NCBI GenBank assembly: GCA_038087875.1
Contig: CM075980.1
Location: forward strand, 44,082,001 to 44,146,000
Direction: 5' to 3'
Length of the DNA: 64,000 nucleotides
Origin: Malacoraja senta
Taxonomy: Eukaryota
Shown here: piece after piece, positions 11,846 through 25,259 of the stretch
Numbering within the stretch: position 1 is the first letter of the stretch
How the letters are laid out: each line of letters opens with the position of its first letter
The notes under the pieces: model-generated
Seen by the model: only the letters and a program-made list of their open reading frames with translations
Databases searched by the model: none
What the model was told of the DNA's origin: nothing
Program-made: the position numbers and the translations under genes

Positions 11846-12474
11846 TACCTAACAAATCGTAAAACAAAATGTAAAGATTGCTAATTTTTTGTCACAGTGG
11901 CATCATGTAAAAGTGAAAAACTGAATCTGAGTTTTGAGTCCGAAAATTATGGAATGAAATCTAGCCCAAGTGTAAACATCCAGGTTGGTACACGAGTACT
12001 AAATCAAAGAGCTAGCTATAGCATCAGAGGCATGGTGGGTTGATAAGATGTGGTCTCAGATGAATGCTCTGACATTGTTTTGATGATGATCTGGGAAATT
12101 TCTTTGGAAAGTACCTGGTCAATATCTTTCCTTTAAAATAACTGAAACAGATGATCTTTATCATATTGTACCTAATGCTGCCTGTAATTTGGCCATTTTT
12201 CCTTAAAATTAATTGGCGAAAGTTTGTGAAAGAAATCAACTAAATGCAAATATTTTTTCTTTTAAGAAGAGATGTCTGTAATATATAGAATATTTACCAT
12301 GACACCGTGAAGGCAGTGTTCCTTTAAAAAATAATTTGATCGTTGTTAAGGTTTGAGATGGTGTTAATTGTTTCACAATACGAAAATTAATAGAACAGGG
12401 TGCACTTTGCCCTGGGAAACCTTTTTAGACTTTGTTTGGAGAAAAATATCTTAGAAAGCAAATTTACAAGGCAC

Positions 12475-12790
12475 TTAGGCAGTGCTTCAGGTTCGATTCT
12501 GACCCCCAGGACTATCCATGTCTTGTTTGCACATTCTCACCGTGACATTTTGGAGCTCAGGTTTCCTCCCACATCCCAAAGACTTGCTGGTTTGCAGGTC
12601 AATTGGCAACTGCAAACTGTCTCTATGTAGGTGGACGGCAGGAGAATCGGAGAAGGGGTGGGGCGGGGGGCAGGATTTGTTGGGCGTATTGGAGAGAATA
12701 GATTGGAGGAAAATAAGCACAGAAATATGAGAATGGGATTAGTTGGAGTGCTGAGATTTCATGGGCTGAATGCCCCCCTATGGTCTGTGA
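12475..12790 (+). mobile_element. HE1-like SINE (old)
   Basis: B-box GGTTCGATTC and core ggtttcctcccacatcccaaagac. Confidence 0.6.
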
Positions 12791-13037
12791 AATCTAAAAA
12801 TATGAGATACAAAGATATTGTGTGCAGAAATGGGCATAAATACATAAATTAAAGATTTAAACTGGCACAAAAAACAATTTGTGAACATTTTATTCAATAT
12901 TTTTTAAACTAGTTCCATTCACACTCAAATATATTCCTATATAAATCATCAATAATGAAAAGGTGCACAGGTATTTACTCCAATACATATAATGTAAATA
13001 TAATACATTTATTCAAAACCTAGCTGAAGTATTAGGA

Positions 13038-13741
13038 CAGGGGTGGGGAACCTGCGGCCTTAAGGCCGCATGCTGCCTTCTAGGCCATTAAGTGCGGCCT
13101 TTTGAATGAATCCAAATTTTGTAGAACAAATCCTTTTATTTTTATTGATATGTTTTTGTTCATCTTTTATTATTTTTATTTTAATCTTAAAATTAACGTA
13201 TTTAAAATACCAAAGAGTAAAAGAAGATTCAACGAAATAATCTTCCCCGACTGACGGCCACAATTAAAACATTAGTAATTCATGAGGGCTATTTTAACAC
13301 CTGTTATGCTCATCATTTAGTTCTAATGCGACTCTAGACTGTACGTTAACTTTGACATGCACGAAAAATGCTTTCTGGCTTTTCAACCACTTATTGCTGC
13401 GAATCTACATTCTCCTACCTAACCCAAATCAAGACGCCCTTAAGGTCACAAATGACGGATACCCATCGAGAAGATCAGCTGAAACTGCGTACCTCCATGT
13501 TGCAACCAAATATTCAAATGCTTTCCCACAAAAAGCAGTCACAACAAAGTCATTAAAAGGTTAATTAACTTTAGAATTAACAATTTTTTTTCATTTTCTT
13601 GAAGTTAGTATATAGTAGTTAGATTTTTACAAAATAGTGTACATTTTGAAGTATATCTAATTGAAGTTTCTTGGATGCGGCCTTGTTAGATTACAGCTAA
13701 CTTAATGCGGCATTCCAACATGAAAATGTTCCCCACCCCTT
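13038..13741 (+). mobile_element. hAT (Charlie/Buster-type) internally deleted transposon
   Basis: TIRs CAGGGGTGGGGAAC / GTTCCCCACCCCTT; 8-bp TSD TATTAGGA (13030-13037, 13742-13749); transposase C-terminal remnant FSTTYCCESTFSYLTQIKT...KKQSQQSH (13368-13556). Confidence 0.9.
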
Positions 13742-14796
13742 TATTAGGATAATGAGGTGATAACGATATTTGTTTTGCACAGATTTTAAAAATTAAATAA
13801 TTCCAAAATAAAATATTGTAAATATTTGCAATCTGAAAGAATGGGAAAGTGCTCAAAATACAGCAGGTTAGGTAGAGAAGCAGAACTAATATTTCAAATG
13901 AGTGATCATCATTTTCAAAAGCCACAAGATAATCTCCCATGCAATGACCAAGAGGAAACAGTTTAGCCCATGTAAGAACTTTCTGTGAAGGGGCACTGAT
14001 TTAACAACGTTAGTCAAATTCCATAGTTATGAAATATTCCTCTGCTATTTTAGTGGCTCTGAACATTGAACTCAGTGGATGGATAAATCTTTAAATCACA
14101 TCCCTTTTTTCCACCTTATCTAATCTCATGAAACGTGTACATGCACAGATACCTCTTCCTAAACAGTTCCTCAGGATCAACAATGACTTGCTTCCATTCT
14201 GGTTTTTATGAGTTCTGGGGGAATTGCATAAGCACTCAATACATACTATTTGCTACGTTAGTGATGCTAAAATCCAAGGCATCCAGAAATGTATGGCTGA
14301 AACATAAATTAAGTGCTTTGCAAGAAAAAATAAGAAATAGAAGCTGCTGCCGTAAGATTCACCATTCTCGATCGATGCTTTAGCTTATAACCTAACGTAA
14401 GAACATTAAATTCTCCAATTTTAGGAAACCGTTTTCCTCTCCTCTCTTTTCTCTGCCCCCCTTCACATTTCTCTCCCTATTTCGCTCCCTTCCCCCACCT
14501 CTTCACCGTCTTCCACTCATATCCCTCTGGCTTCACATTCCATTCCTCCTCTCTCATTATCTGACACCATTTTGTCTATTTTTCATCTTTGTCCAACTTC
14601 CAATCACCTGTAGTCACCCACCATTTGACAGGTTTTGTCTTGTCCGCACCTTTTTTCTGGCTTTCTCCCCTCCTCCCCCTTATACAATCAGCCAGAAGAA
14701 AGGTCCTGACCTGAAATGTTGCCTGTCCATTCCCTCCACAGATGCTGCCTGACCTACTGAGTTATTCCAGCACTAGTGTTTTACTTAGGATTCTAG

Positions 14797-15210
14797 TAAG
14801 TAAGTAAGTAAGTAAGTAAGTACATTTTATTTATATAGCACGTTTAAATCAACTCGCGTTGAAACCAAAGTGCTTTACATAAAAGAAATAATAAAAGAAA
14901 TAATAAAGTTTCCGTACATCCATAGAAAAATTAAAAATCATTAACACATATATTAACACATTATAGAATTCAACATGAACGTCCCCCCACAACAGAATCA
15001 AAAATTTCCACTGTGGGGAAAGGCATCAAAAAGTTAAGTCCTCTTCCTCTGTGAAACACCCGAGGTCAGGGCCTATTTGTGGCCTCCGCAGCCAGTCCGA
15101 TGTTTTCAGGCCCTCTTTGCCGGAAAGCTGGAACTCCGGCGTCGGGTGAACACTCCTCAGCGGCTTGGAAAATGTCTGGAGCGGCCGCTTCCTCCCCGGA
15201 GACCGCGGCC
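14797..15210 (-). mobile_element. GC-rich non-autonomous retroposon with L2-type tail, inserted in a pLTR
   Basis: (TTAC)n tail; GTAAAGCACTTTG...GTGCTATATAAATAAA end; shares a hairpin with the copies at 21.1, 34.5 and 51 kb. Confidence 0.6.
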
Positions 15211-15307
15211 TAGTATCTAGTATCTGCAGTTCCTTGCGTCTCCAAATTAATTTACGCTTTTTGCTGATTATATTTAGATTGTAACAGGGATTATATTTAG
15301 ATTGTAA

Positions 15308-16358
15308 TATTCCACCACTCACCCATTCCCCCAACGCAACCCGTTCCCCCAACACAATTTTCTACCCCTCAGCCATAACCCCTAACTGTGCAGGCACGGC
15401 TCATTTCTCCTCATCCCCCAGCACTGCCTCTCCCTCCTCTTCATGTGTGGGAGGGGAGGAGGGAAGTGGGGTGTGTGGGAGAGGGGTGTGTGTGGGCGGG
15501 GAAGGGGTGTGTGGGCAGGAGGGAAGGGTGTTGGGGTAGGAGAGAGGGGAGTGGGGGCGGGGGGAGGGGTGTGGGGTGGGGGGGAGAGGTGTGGGTGCGG
15601 GGAGAGGGGTGTGGGTGCAGGGGGGTTGTGGGGGGAGGAGGGGTGTGGAGGCGGGGGAGGGGTGTGGGGATGGGGTGGGGTGTGGGGGCAGGGGGGATGT
15701 GGGGGATGGGGGGTGTGGGCGGGGGGTTGTGGGGGGGAGTGGGAGGGGGAGGTGGGGAGGGAGGGGGAGAGCTCGGTGAAAAGACGGGGGAAGAGCCATG
15801 GGGGATAAGGCAGTATCACGGGGAGGGGGCAGGAGCCAGCGAGGGGGACCAGAGGGGAAGGGGCTGGAGCTGGTGCTGCGATGGGGACTCACAGCGGGCG
15901 CTGATCACTGGTCGTTCTCCTCCGCCAGGATCAGAGTCTCCGCTTTCCGTTTGGCAACATCGGCAACATCTCCGACTCCATGCTGGGCCGGGCCGCTTCT
16001 GGTCTGTCCGAAATTCTGGTTGGAGACCTCCGCCGGCCATCCTCAGCTCCAGTCAAGACACGATGGCGCAGGAAGAGGCGGACCGTCCCGCGGAGTGACA
16101 GGAGAAAAGACTCATCTGCGCGGCGCTGACTGGCAGGAGAGGAAATCGATCTGCGCACGCGAGGTTTTTAAGATTTTTAAATCTAGCTAACTTTTACAAT
16201 AAGCCACCGATCGGAACAAAGTTTTGTGCGCTCACAGTACAGGAGAACGGTGAGTGAGCTGGTGAAAAATCGTAGCGCTATCGCGTACTGATTTTGCGCA
16301 AATAGAAAAAACACGCAAACCGGAGGATAAGAAGATCAGAGTTATAGTTATGTATAGA
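15308..16358 (-). mobile_element. Non-autonomous Helitron, 3' end missing
   Basis: Minus strand starts A|TCTATACATAACTATAACTCTGATCTT (Helitron-type 5' TC terminus); G/C-rich low-complexity interior; no 3' hairpin-CTAG. Confidence 0.55.
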
Positions 16359-17399
16359 TTTAGCAAGTTATTACTTGAAGTCCAGCTGCAAAAGAAAATT
16401 TTGTAAAATGTCACCAGCCTAATAACATTTACATTACCTTTGTTAACTGAAACCCACAGGCCAAGTTCTAACGGATGAGTTGAGTTTATAGATTTAAAAT
16501 ATAATATTTTCACTATTCATTATTTTCAGATAGTAACTAAAAACCAACAATTTCACACAGAAAATATTTAATCCAAATTACCTAATGGCTTATGAATAAA
16601 CCATTCACATATTGAGACTTTAGGCTGGCAGGCTGAATGTCTATGACATTGCTACATTAAGCAGATGCAGTACATATATAATTGCAGACGGAACTAAAAG
16701 CATGGTCATGTTAAAGATAAAAAATGGGAACTGTACAGTATAATCTCGGTGGGATGCAGTGGTTTTTTTTGTAGCCTTATTTGCTTCTGAAAAGGTAAAT
16801 GTCATCATTTCCTTTTCTGGCCACATGGCATATTAAAAGCATGTACTGGCACCTTTAAAATTCAATGGAGAGCTAATGTAACTTGCCTTTAGTGAACAGC
16901 ATCAATAAAACTAGTTCTGATGTTTAGTATCCTCATGATCTCCTCAAGTTTTGATGTTGAATCAACTTCAGGATGGCTTGAACTCAAAAAAAGATTTGGT
17001 TGCTTTGTCAGACATTTGGTTTTTTTTTTTGCAACTGTAGAAGAGTTTCAGTTCCCTGTCTACAAACTGGTGAAATATTAATCATTCTTTCAAGGCCTTT
17101 TCTAGGCAGTTTTCAATACAGAGTCTTTCTGGGTTTTGTCTGTGATTTCAGACACCGCTACATAATGTCTTCATTAACCATATTTAACATGTAGACCTTG
17201 ATGAGTTGCCTAGATGGGTAGAACAATTGGAAGACAAAATTTAATAATAATTAGTACAAGGTCATGCATTTGGAAGGCCCAATAAGCCTAGTACAGATTT
17301 AATGTTAAGGCCCAAAATATAGTGAGGAAAAGCGGGGACATTGTTTAGAAGTGTCTCTAGAGGTGCAGCACAGATAGACAAGGTGATGAAAAAGCATAT

Positions 17400-17780
17400 T
17401 GAATTCCCCCTTAATTCCCCCTCCTTCTTTTCCCCCTATCTTCTGCCCCCTTTTCCTTCCTTCCTCCACTAAAAGTGGGCTAACCAGTACTGCAGTTACA
17501 ACGATGTATCCCCTTGGGAACACGCTGCCTCCAGCCAATAATCAGTCTATCAAGGAACCTCCTTGCCTGTTGCCCGCCCCTATTTGTCCTGGCTTTCTTC
17601 CGCTTCCAGTATTCCCCTCCCCCCCCCTTCCTCCTCCTCCCCCAAACAGTCAGTCTGAAGAAGAGTCCCGACCCAAAACATCGCCTATCCAATTTCTCCA
17701 GAAATGCTGTCTTATCTGCTAAGTTACTCCAGCATTTTGCGACCATCTTTAATATAAACCAGCATCTGCAGTTCCTTTTT
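17400..17780 (+). mobile_element. PLE 3' UTR/pLTR inserted into an old CR1
   Basis: Pyrimidine-rich PLE UTR followed by a degenerate hammerhead (17655) and pLTR; CR1 remnants on both sides (~17210-17400, ~17800-18540). Confidence 0.65.
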
Positions 17781-18019
17781 ATTCGTGCCTCCATTAGCTG
17801 GAGCATGAAAATGAAGTGCAAGGAACTCGTCGTACAGTTTTATATGACATTAGTTGGGCCAAAGTTGGAGTACTCTGTGCTATTGTGTTCACCATACTGA
17901 AGGAAGAACGTGATCTTCGGGGCAGTCACCAGAGTCACCTGGAGCTGTTCAATTATGAGGGGAGACTGGAAAGACTGGTTTGTTCTTCCTGGAGCAGAGA
18001 TGATAGAGGGGGGAGGGGG

Positions 18020-18243
18020 ATAGACACAAAATGCTGGAGTAACTCAGCGGGACAGGCAGCATCTCTGGAGAGAAGGAAAGGGTGACGTTTCAGATCGAGA
18101 CTCTTCTTCAGACTTGAGAGAGGTCTCGACCCAAAACGTCACACATTCCTTCTCTCCAGAGATGCTGCCTGTCCCGCTGAGTTACTCTAGCAGTTTGTGT
18201 CTATCTTAGATTTAAACCAGCATCTGCAGTTAGTTCCTACACG
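18020..18243. mobile_element. PLE-derived foldback mini-element
   Basis: Inverted pLTR arms; hammerhead core on the minus strand at 18084-18111. Confidence 0.8.
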
Positions 18244-18621
18244 TGATCGAGGGGGGGGGGGGGGGGGCGGTCTGGAATAATATATACAAAATATGTGAGG
18301 GCATAAATAGGGTACATAGTAAGAATGTTTTTCTCATATTACTGGTATGCAAAACAAGTGGGTTTGCTTTTAATTAAGGTATAGATCAGCAGATTTAGCG
18401 GAGATTTGTAAAATATTTTTTTGTAAGTGAGGGTGGTTGGAATTTGGAACACACCCTGAGCTGGTGGTGAAAGCAGAGGCTCTCATAACATTTATGAACA
18501 CCAACGAGTGCAGAAATCACCAAGGCATAGAAAGAAATAGCTGAAAAAATTCCCTTCTTGGTGAGAGTCCTTCCCTATGAAAGTTGGCTTGTTTTCATAA
18601 TTTACTACAAGGATGGGTACG

Positions 18622-18753
18622 TGAACTTGCTGCCCTGTGTGGTATTCCAGTTGACCTCATGCCTATAAAACCTCACCAGTGTTGGTGTTGAACTTGCTGC
18701 CCTGTGTGGTATTCCAGTTGACCTCATGCCTATAAAACCACACCAGTGTTGGT
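18622..18753. repeat. Tandem duplication, 67-bp period, 2 copies
   Basis: 18622-18686 vs 18689-18753, one mismatch. Confidence 0.9.
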
Positions 18754-19007
18754 TTTTAGTAGAATGGTACTTTCCGCCTATGGTATCTGACTCATTATCA
18801 AACAAACTGTGGCAGCAATTTAATGTTACCCAATAAGCAATATCTATACTCCTTCCTACACCTTTATTTGAAAGTCTGGTTGATTGCTGCCATTACTACA
18901 TGGTTTGGATATACGATAGATTCCAGTCTTTATAGACTTTATATTCTTTACAGTAAACTATACAATCCCAGTTCCTCATCATCAGAATGAACTTACAAAC
19001 TGTGAAA

Positions 19008-22000
19008 TATAACCATATAACCATATAACAATTACAGCACGGAAACAGGCCATCTCGACCCTTCTAGTCCGTGCCGAACATGTATTCTCCCCTAGTCCCA
19101 TATACCTGCGCTCAGACCATAACCCTCCATTCCTTTCCCGTCCATATAACTATCCAATTGATTTTTAAATGATAAAAACGAACCTGCCTCCACCACCTTC
19201 ACTGGAAGCTCATTCCACACAGCCACCACTCTCTGAGTAAAGAAGTTCCCCCTCATGTTACCCCTAAACTTCTGTTCCCTTAATTCTCAAGTCATGTCCC
19301 CTTGTTTGAATCTTCCCTACTCTCAGTGGAAAAGCTTATCCACGTCAACTCTGTCTATCCCTCTCATCATTTTTAAAGACCTCTATCAAGTCCCCCCTTA
19401 ACCTTCTGCGCTCCAAAGAATAAAGCCCTAAACTTGTTCAACCTTTCTCTGTAACTTAGTTGCTGAAACCCAGGCAACATTCTAGAAATCTCCTCTGTAC
19501 TCTCTATATTGGTTGACATCCTTCCTATAATTAGGCGACCAATATTGTACACCATACTCCAGAATTGGCCTCACCAATGCCTTGTACAATTTTAACATTA
19601 TATCCCAACTTCTATACTCAATGCTCTGATTTATAAAAGCCAGCACACCAAAAGCTTTCTTTACCACCCTATCTACATGAGATTCCACTTTCAGGGAACT
19701 GTGCACAGTTATTCCAAGATCCCTCTGTTCACCTGCATTCTTCAATTCCCTACCATTTACCATGTACGTCCTATTTTGATTTGTCCTGCAAGATGTAGCA
19801 CCTCACACTTATCAGCATTAAACTCCATCTGCCATCTTTCAGCCCACTCTTCCAACCGGCATAAATCTCTCTGTAGACTTTGAAAATCTACTTCATTATC
19901 CACAGCCCCACCTATCTTAGTATCATCTGCATACTTACTAATACAATTTACCACACCATCATCCAGATCATTGATGTACATGACAAACAACAGTGGACCC
20001 AACACAGATCCCTGTGGCACCCCACTAGTCACTGGCCTCCAACCTGACAAACAACCATCCACCATTACTCTCTGGCATCTCCCATTCAGCCACTGTTGAA
20101 TCCATCTAGCTACTCCACCATTAATACCCAACCATTGAACCTTCTTAACCAACCTTCCGTGAGGAACCTTGTCAAAGGCCTTACTGAAGTCCATATATAC
20201 AAATCCACGGCTTTACCCTCATCAATTTCCCGAGTAACCTCTTCAAAAAATTCAAGAAGATTAGTCAAACATGACCTTCCAGGCACAAATCCATGTTGAC
20301 TGTTCCTAATCAGCCCCTGTTTATCCAGATGCTTATATATATTATCTCTAAGTATCCTTTCCATTAATTTGCCCCCACTGACGTCAAACTAACAGGTCTA
20401 TAATTGCTAGGTTTACTCTTAGACCCCTTTTTAAACAATGGAACAACATGCGCAGTACGCCAATCCTCCGGCACTATTGCCGTTTCCAATGACATTTGAA
20501 TATTTCTGTCATAGCCCCTGCCATTTCTACACTAACTTCCCTCAATGTCCTAGGGAATATCCTGTCCGGACCTGGAGACTTATCCACTTTTATATTTCTC
20601 AAAAGTGTCAGTACTTCCTCTTCTTTGAATCTCATAGTTTCCATAGCTACTCTACTTGTTTCCCTTACCTCACATAATTCAATATCCTTCTCCTTGGTGA
20701 ATACCGAAGAAAATAAATTGTTCAATATCTCCCCCATCTCTTTTGGCTCTGCAGATAGCTGTCCACTCTGACTCTCTAATGGACCAATTTTATCCCTCGT
20801 TATCCTTTTGCTATTAATATAGCTGTAGAAACCCTTTGGATTTACTTTCACCTTACTTGCCAAAGCAACCTCATATCTTCTTTTAGCTTTTCTAATTTCT
20901 TTCTTAAGACACTTTTTACATTTTTTATACTCCTCAAGCACCTCATTTACTCCATGCTGCCTATAAATATTGTAGATCTCTCTCTTTTTCCGAACTAAGT
21001 GTCCAATTTCCCTTGAAAACCATGGCTCTTTCCAATTTTACTATTTCCTTTCAACCGAACAGAGACATAAAGATTGATTGATTGATTGATTGATTTATTT
21101 CTTGTCATTTGAACCTCAAAGAGGCTCAACGAAACTCCGTTTCCACAGCCATACAAACAAAACAATTCTTACACGACACACAAACAATTCAATTTACAGA
21201 AAAACATCCATCACAGTGAATCTCCTCCTCACTGTGATGGAAGGCAAAGTCATTTCTTTCCCCTGCACCATTTTTTCTCCCGATGTTGAAGCCCCAGGCG
21301 GGCAATGTTAAGTCCCACGGCCGTTGAGGCCGCGCGGGGCGGTGTACGGCCCCGCTCCAGTCCAAAAGTCACAAAGTTGGAGCCCCCGGCGGGCGCTGGA
21401 AAATCCCAGCCGCCATTAAAGACGCACCGGGCGATTTACGGCCCCGCTCCGGGTCGTTCCAACCCCGCGACACGGGCGGGAGAAGTTGCGTTGCGGGAGC
21501 TCCGGAAAGATTCTGTACTCTTAAAATTCACCTTTAAATGTCCCCCATTTCTCTCTCCACATCTTTCCCATAAACAAACTGTCCCAATTTACTCCTTTTA
21601 AATCCTTTCGCATCTCCTCAAAGTTAGCCTTTCTCCAATCAAAATCTCAACCCTAGGTCCAGTTCTGACCCTCTCCATAATTATATTGAAACTAATGGTA
21701 TTGTGATCACTGGTCCCGAACTGTTCCCCAACGCATACCTCTGCCACCTGACCCGTCTCATTTCCTAACAGGAGGTCCAGCACCGCCCCTTCTCTAGTAG
21801 GTACTTCTATGTATTGCTGCAAAAAACTATCCTGCACACATTTTACAAACTCCAACCCATCCAGCCCATTTACAGAATGTGTTTCCCAGTCTATGTGTGG
21901 AAAATTGAAATCTCCCACAATCACTACCTTGTGCTTACTACTAATATCTGCAATCTCCTTACATATTTGCTCCTCCAATTCTCGCTCCCCATTTGGCGGT

Positions 22001-22336
22001 CTATAATACACCCTATGAGTGTTGCTACCCCTTTCCCATTTCTCAGTTCCACCCAAATAGCCTCCCTAGAAGAGCCCTCTAATCTATCCTGCCAAAGCAC
22101 TGCTGTAATATCTTCCTGATAAGCAATGCAACACCTCCACCTCTTGCCCCTCCAATTCTATCACACCTGAAGCAACGAAATCCTGGAATATTTAGTTTCC
22201 AATCACAGCCCTCCTGCAACCATGTTTCACTGATCGCCACAACATCATACTTCCAGGTGTCAATCCAGGCTTTAAGTTCATCCACCTTTCTTACAATGCT
22301 CCTAGCATTAAAATATACACACTTAAAGAAACCCAC
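19008..22336 (-). mobile_element. CR1 LINE, most of ORF2 (APE endonuclease + RT), frameshifted
   Basis: [62 protein letters not shown]; (GGTTATAT)n tail. Confidence 0.95.
21076..21506 (-). mobile_element. GC-rich non-autonomous retroposon nested in CR1
   Basis: (TCAA)n tail; TSD AAAGATT on both sides; 13-bp hairpin TCCATCACAGTGA...TCACTGTGATGGA. Confidence 0.7.
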
Positions 22337-22408
22337 CCTCTCTTATTCTCTGTTTATTGTCTTTTCTTCTCTCTCCCTACATTTTGGGTCAGAGTGCTTC
22401 CATTCTCT

Positions 22409-22606
22409 GTGTAAGAAGGAGCTGCAGATGCTGGTTTAAACCGAAGATAGACACAAAAAGCTGGAGTAACTCAGCAGCTCAGACAGCATCTCTGGAGAAA
22501 AGGATAGGTGACCCTTCTTCAGAAGTGTCTCGACCTGAAACGTCACCTATTTCTTTTCTCCAGAGATGCAGCGACCCACTGTGTTACTGCAGCTTTTCTC
22601 AGTCTA
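22409..22606. mobile_element. PLE-derived foldback mini-element
   Basis: Inverted pLTR arms with partial hammerhead halves at the centre. Confidence 0.75.
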
Positions 22607-23066
22607 TTTTACAAACTATGAAGTTTGACATTACAAAGTGCCAGTAAAATTCCTCTTGTCTTGTCTTTGGATGAGCAAGCTGTCGGAACAGCAATAAGAA
22701 TCTGGCCTTTCTAAATGGTCATAATTGAAGTGGGCAATGGTCATGGGAATGATGGCAACCGACTGGTCTCTCCAGCGCATTTCAGTGTCTGTTTGTAGTC
22801 ATGGATTTTGCTACATCTCTCCTATTTTAGTTTGGAGATACAGCGCAGAAACAGGCCCACCACACCGACCAGCGATCGTCGCACATTAACACAAGCCTAC
22901 ACACACTAGGGTCAATTTACACTTATACCAAGTTAACAAACCCAAGCCAATTAACCTGCAAACCTGTACGTCTTTGGAGCGTGGGAGGAAACCGAAGATC
23001 TCGGAGAAAACCCACGTGGTCACGGGGAGAACGTAAAATTCCATACAGACAAGCACCCGTAGTCAG

Positions 23067-23710
23067 TGTAGTGACAGTCTTTATGACATCTCAAGGATTT
23101 AGTCCTCGATAGTCACTAATATGTTGATTATATGTCAGAAGGTAATCGTACGCACCCACGAGCCCTCCACGAGACATCCAAAGCCGTCGAACGATGAATA
23201 TTCCAAAACGTCTCTTGATTAATAGTTTCTTTATTGAAGTACAAAACAGTAAGAGTTCATAAAAGCTTCTTCTTGTATGAGTACGTTTCAATCATACTCG
23301 TGGTCATGCTCGTGCATGGTCGAGAACGATGTCTGTAAAGGTAACTGGTTATAATTATAACATACTGAGTTATGGCCCTGTCCCACTGTACGAGTTCATT
23401 CAAGAGTTCTCCCGAGTTTGCCCTGATTCGAACTCGGAGATTTACGGTAATGACCGCTCGTAGGTACTCGGGGCTCTCGTGGACATTTTTCAACATGTTG
23501 AAAAATCTTCCCGAGTCTTCCCGAGCTTACCGCGTTTCCCGAGTACCTGCCGTTAGCGTTACAAGCCGCTAAGAGACGTCCCGAGCTCCGACGTACCCGC
23601 TACGTACATTCTACGTGCTTACCACGAGTTTGATTTTTTTTAAAACTCGGGAGAGCTCTTGAATGAGCTCGTACAGTGGGACAGGGCCATTAAGCTAAAT
23701 GGCTACTACA
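23067..23710 (-). mobile_element. Solo LTR (~324 bp excluding the nested MITE)
   Basis: TGTAGT...ACTACA termini; 5-bp TSD GTCAG (23062-23066, 23711-23715); AATAAA on the minus strand. Confidence 0.75.
23373..23689. mobile_element. PIF/Harbinger MITE
   Basis: TIRs TGGCCCTGTCCCACTGTACGAG; TTA TSD (23370-23372, 23690-23692). Confidence 0.9.
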
Positions 23711-24131
23711 GTCAGCATTGAACCCGGGTCTCCGGCGCTGCTAGTGCTGTAAGGCAGCAACTCCACCGTTGCGCCAGCGTGCCACCCTATTGTCCCAAGC
23801 TGTACCAGTCTCCCATGAAATGCTCGAGCATTCTTGCCTACTATTTCCAACAATGCAGCAATTTTACAGTAGATACACATTCAAATGTATTGTTTGCTCA
23901 ACAACTTTGACTGACTAGATCATCCACTATTCTGCACATAGAACTAACATGCATGGCACAGTCTAAAAAGACCAAACTTCACAGTGCATGGCTGTGTGCA
24001 GTGTTTGAGTACCAACTGCCTGGGATGCTTCTGCAAGTAGAGTATGCAGGCATCAGAAACGTACGTGTGTGAACTGGAAGTGGGATGAGGAAAAGAAGAA
24101 GAATTAGGTAGGAGGATACAGTCACCCTCAC

Positions 24132-24211
24132 CAGTTTCAATTTGTTGTTGGCCATGAGTTCAGAAATGAGCTCGCCAGCAATGGCGTCCATGCATTGGTC
24201 TGAAACCAATC
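24132..24211 (-). other. Candidate 80-nt exon (unassigned)
   Basis: Branch-like CACTAAT, acceptor TAG, open frame LVSDQCMDAIAGELISELMANNKLKL, donor CTG|GTGAGG; no homolog recognised. Confidence 0.35.
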
Positions 24212-24357
24212 CTAATTGATACAGATTATTAGTGGTGAGTGATTGGGCTGTGGCGAATTGAACAGGGTCAAGGGCTAATAGTTTTATTGCTAACGTTCCA
24301 GGATATGACGTTTGAAGATACTCTCATTAATCTGCACTAGACAAGATGTCATTGAAC

Positions 24358-24895
24358 TTCATACAGGTGCACAGTAGAGAGCATACTGACTGGCTGCATC
24401 GTGGCCTGGTTCGGCAACTGGAACGTCCAGGAGCGGAAAAGACTGCAAAAAGTTGTGACCACAGCCCAGTCCATCACCGGCTCTGACCTCCCCACCATCG
24501 AAGGGATCTATCGAAGTCGCTGCCTCAAAAAGGCAGCCAACATCATCAGAAACCCACACCATCCTGGCCACACACTCATTTCACCGTTGCCATCGGGAAG
24601 AAGGTACAGGAGCCTGAAAACGGTATCGTCCAGGTTCAGGAACAACTTCTTCCCTACAGCCATCAGGCTATTAAACACAACAACAAATAAGCTCTGAATT
24701 ACAACAGACTATTATAATTATTGCACTATATGTGTTTATTTATTGAGTATATGTGCATGTGTATACACACACTGAACTTTTTTTCTCCTGATATGTATTA
24801 TGTTTACATGTTCTGTTGTGCTGCAGCAAGCAAGAATTTCGTTGTCCTAACTGGGACACATGACAATAAAACACTCTGGACCCTTGACTTGACTC
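24358..24895 (+). mobile_element. Rex1/Babar LINE 3' fragment
   Basis: YRCTVESILTGCIVAWFGN...HHPGHTLISPLPSGRRYRS...RFRNNFFPTAIRLLN; (CTTGA)n tail. Confidence 0.9.
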
Positions 24896-25039
24896 TCGAA
24901 CAGTTCTTGTGACACTGCCTCAGTATGCCTCAGTTGGTCATGCTTCCACACAGTTCTATTTTGGGTTCAGATCTAAGTCTAGTGATTAGAGCTCTCGCAT
25001 TAATAATGACATCAGTGCTGAGCTGAGTGTGTGCAATCT

Positions 25040-25250
25040 CCCAGGAAGAGGGCGGTGGAGGCCGGTTCTCTGGATACTTTCAAGAAAGAGCTAGATAGGG
25101 CTCTTAAAGATAGCAGACTCAGGGGATATGGGGAGAAGGCAGGAACGGGGTACTGATTGGGGATGATCAGCCATGATCACATTGAATGGCGGTGCTGGCT
25201 CGAAGGGCCGAATGGCCTACTCCTGCACCTATTGTCTATGGTCTATTGTT
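25040..25250 (+). mobile_element. CR1 3' fragment
   Basis: ORF2 end and 3' UTR with ATTGTCT-type tail. Confidence 0.8.
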
Positions 25251-25259
25251 TATAAGGTT

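Larger units (their letters stand above)
22826..23787 (-). mobile_element. HE1 SINE split by a solo LTR
   Basis: 3' part at 22826-23066, tRNA head at 23711-23787. Confidence 0.8.

Noticed and set aside
15382-16190. Long Gly/Pro-rich ORFs
   Set aside because: Artefacts of G/C low-complexity sequence inside a Helitron-like element
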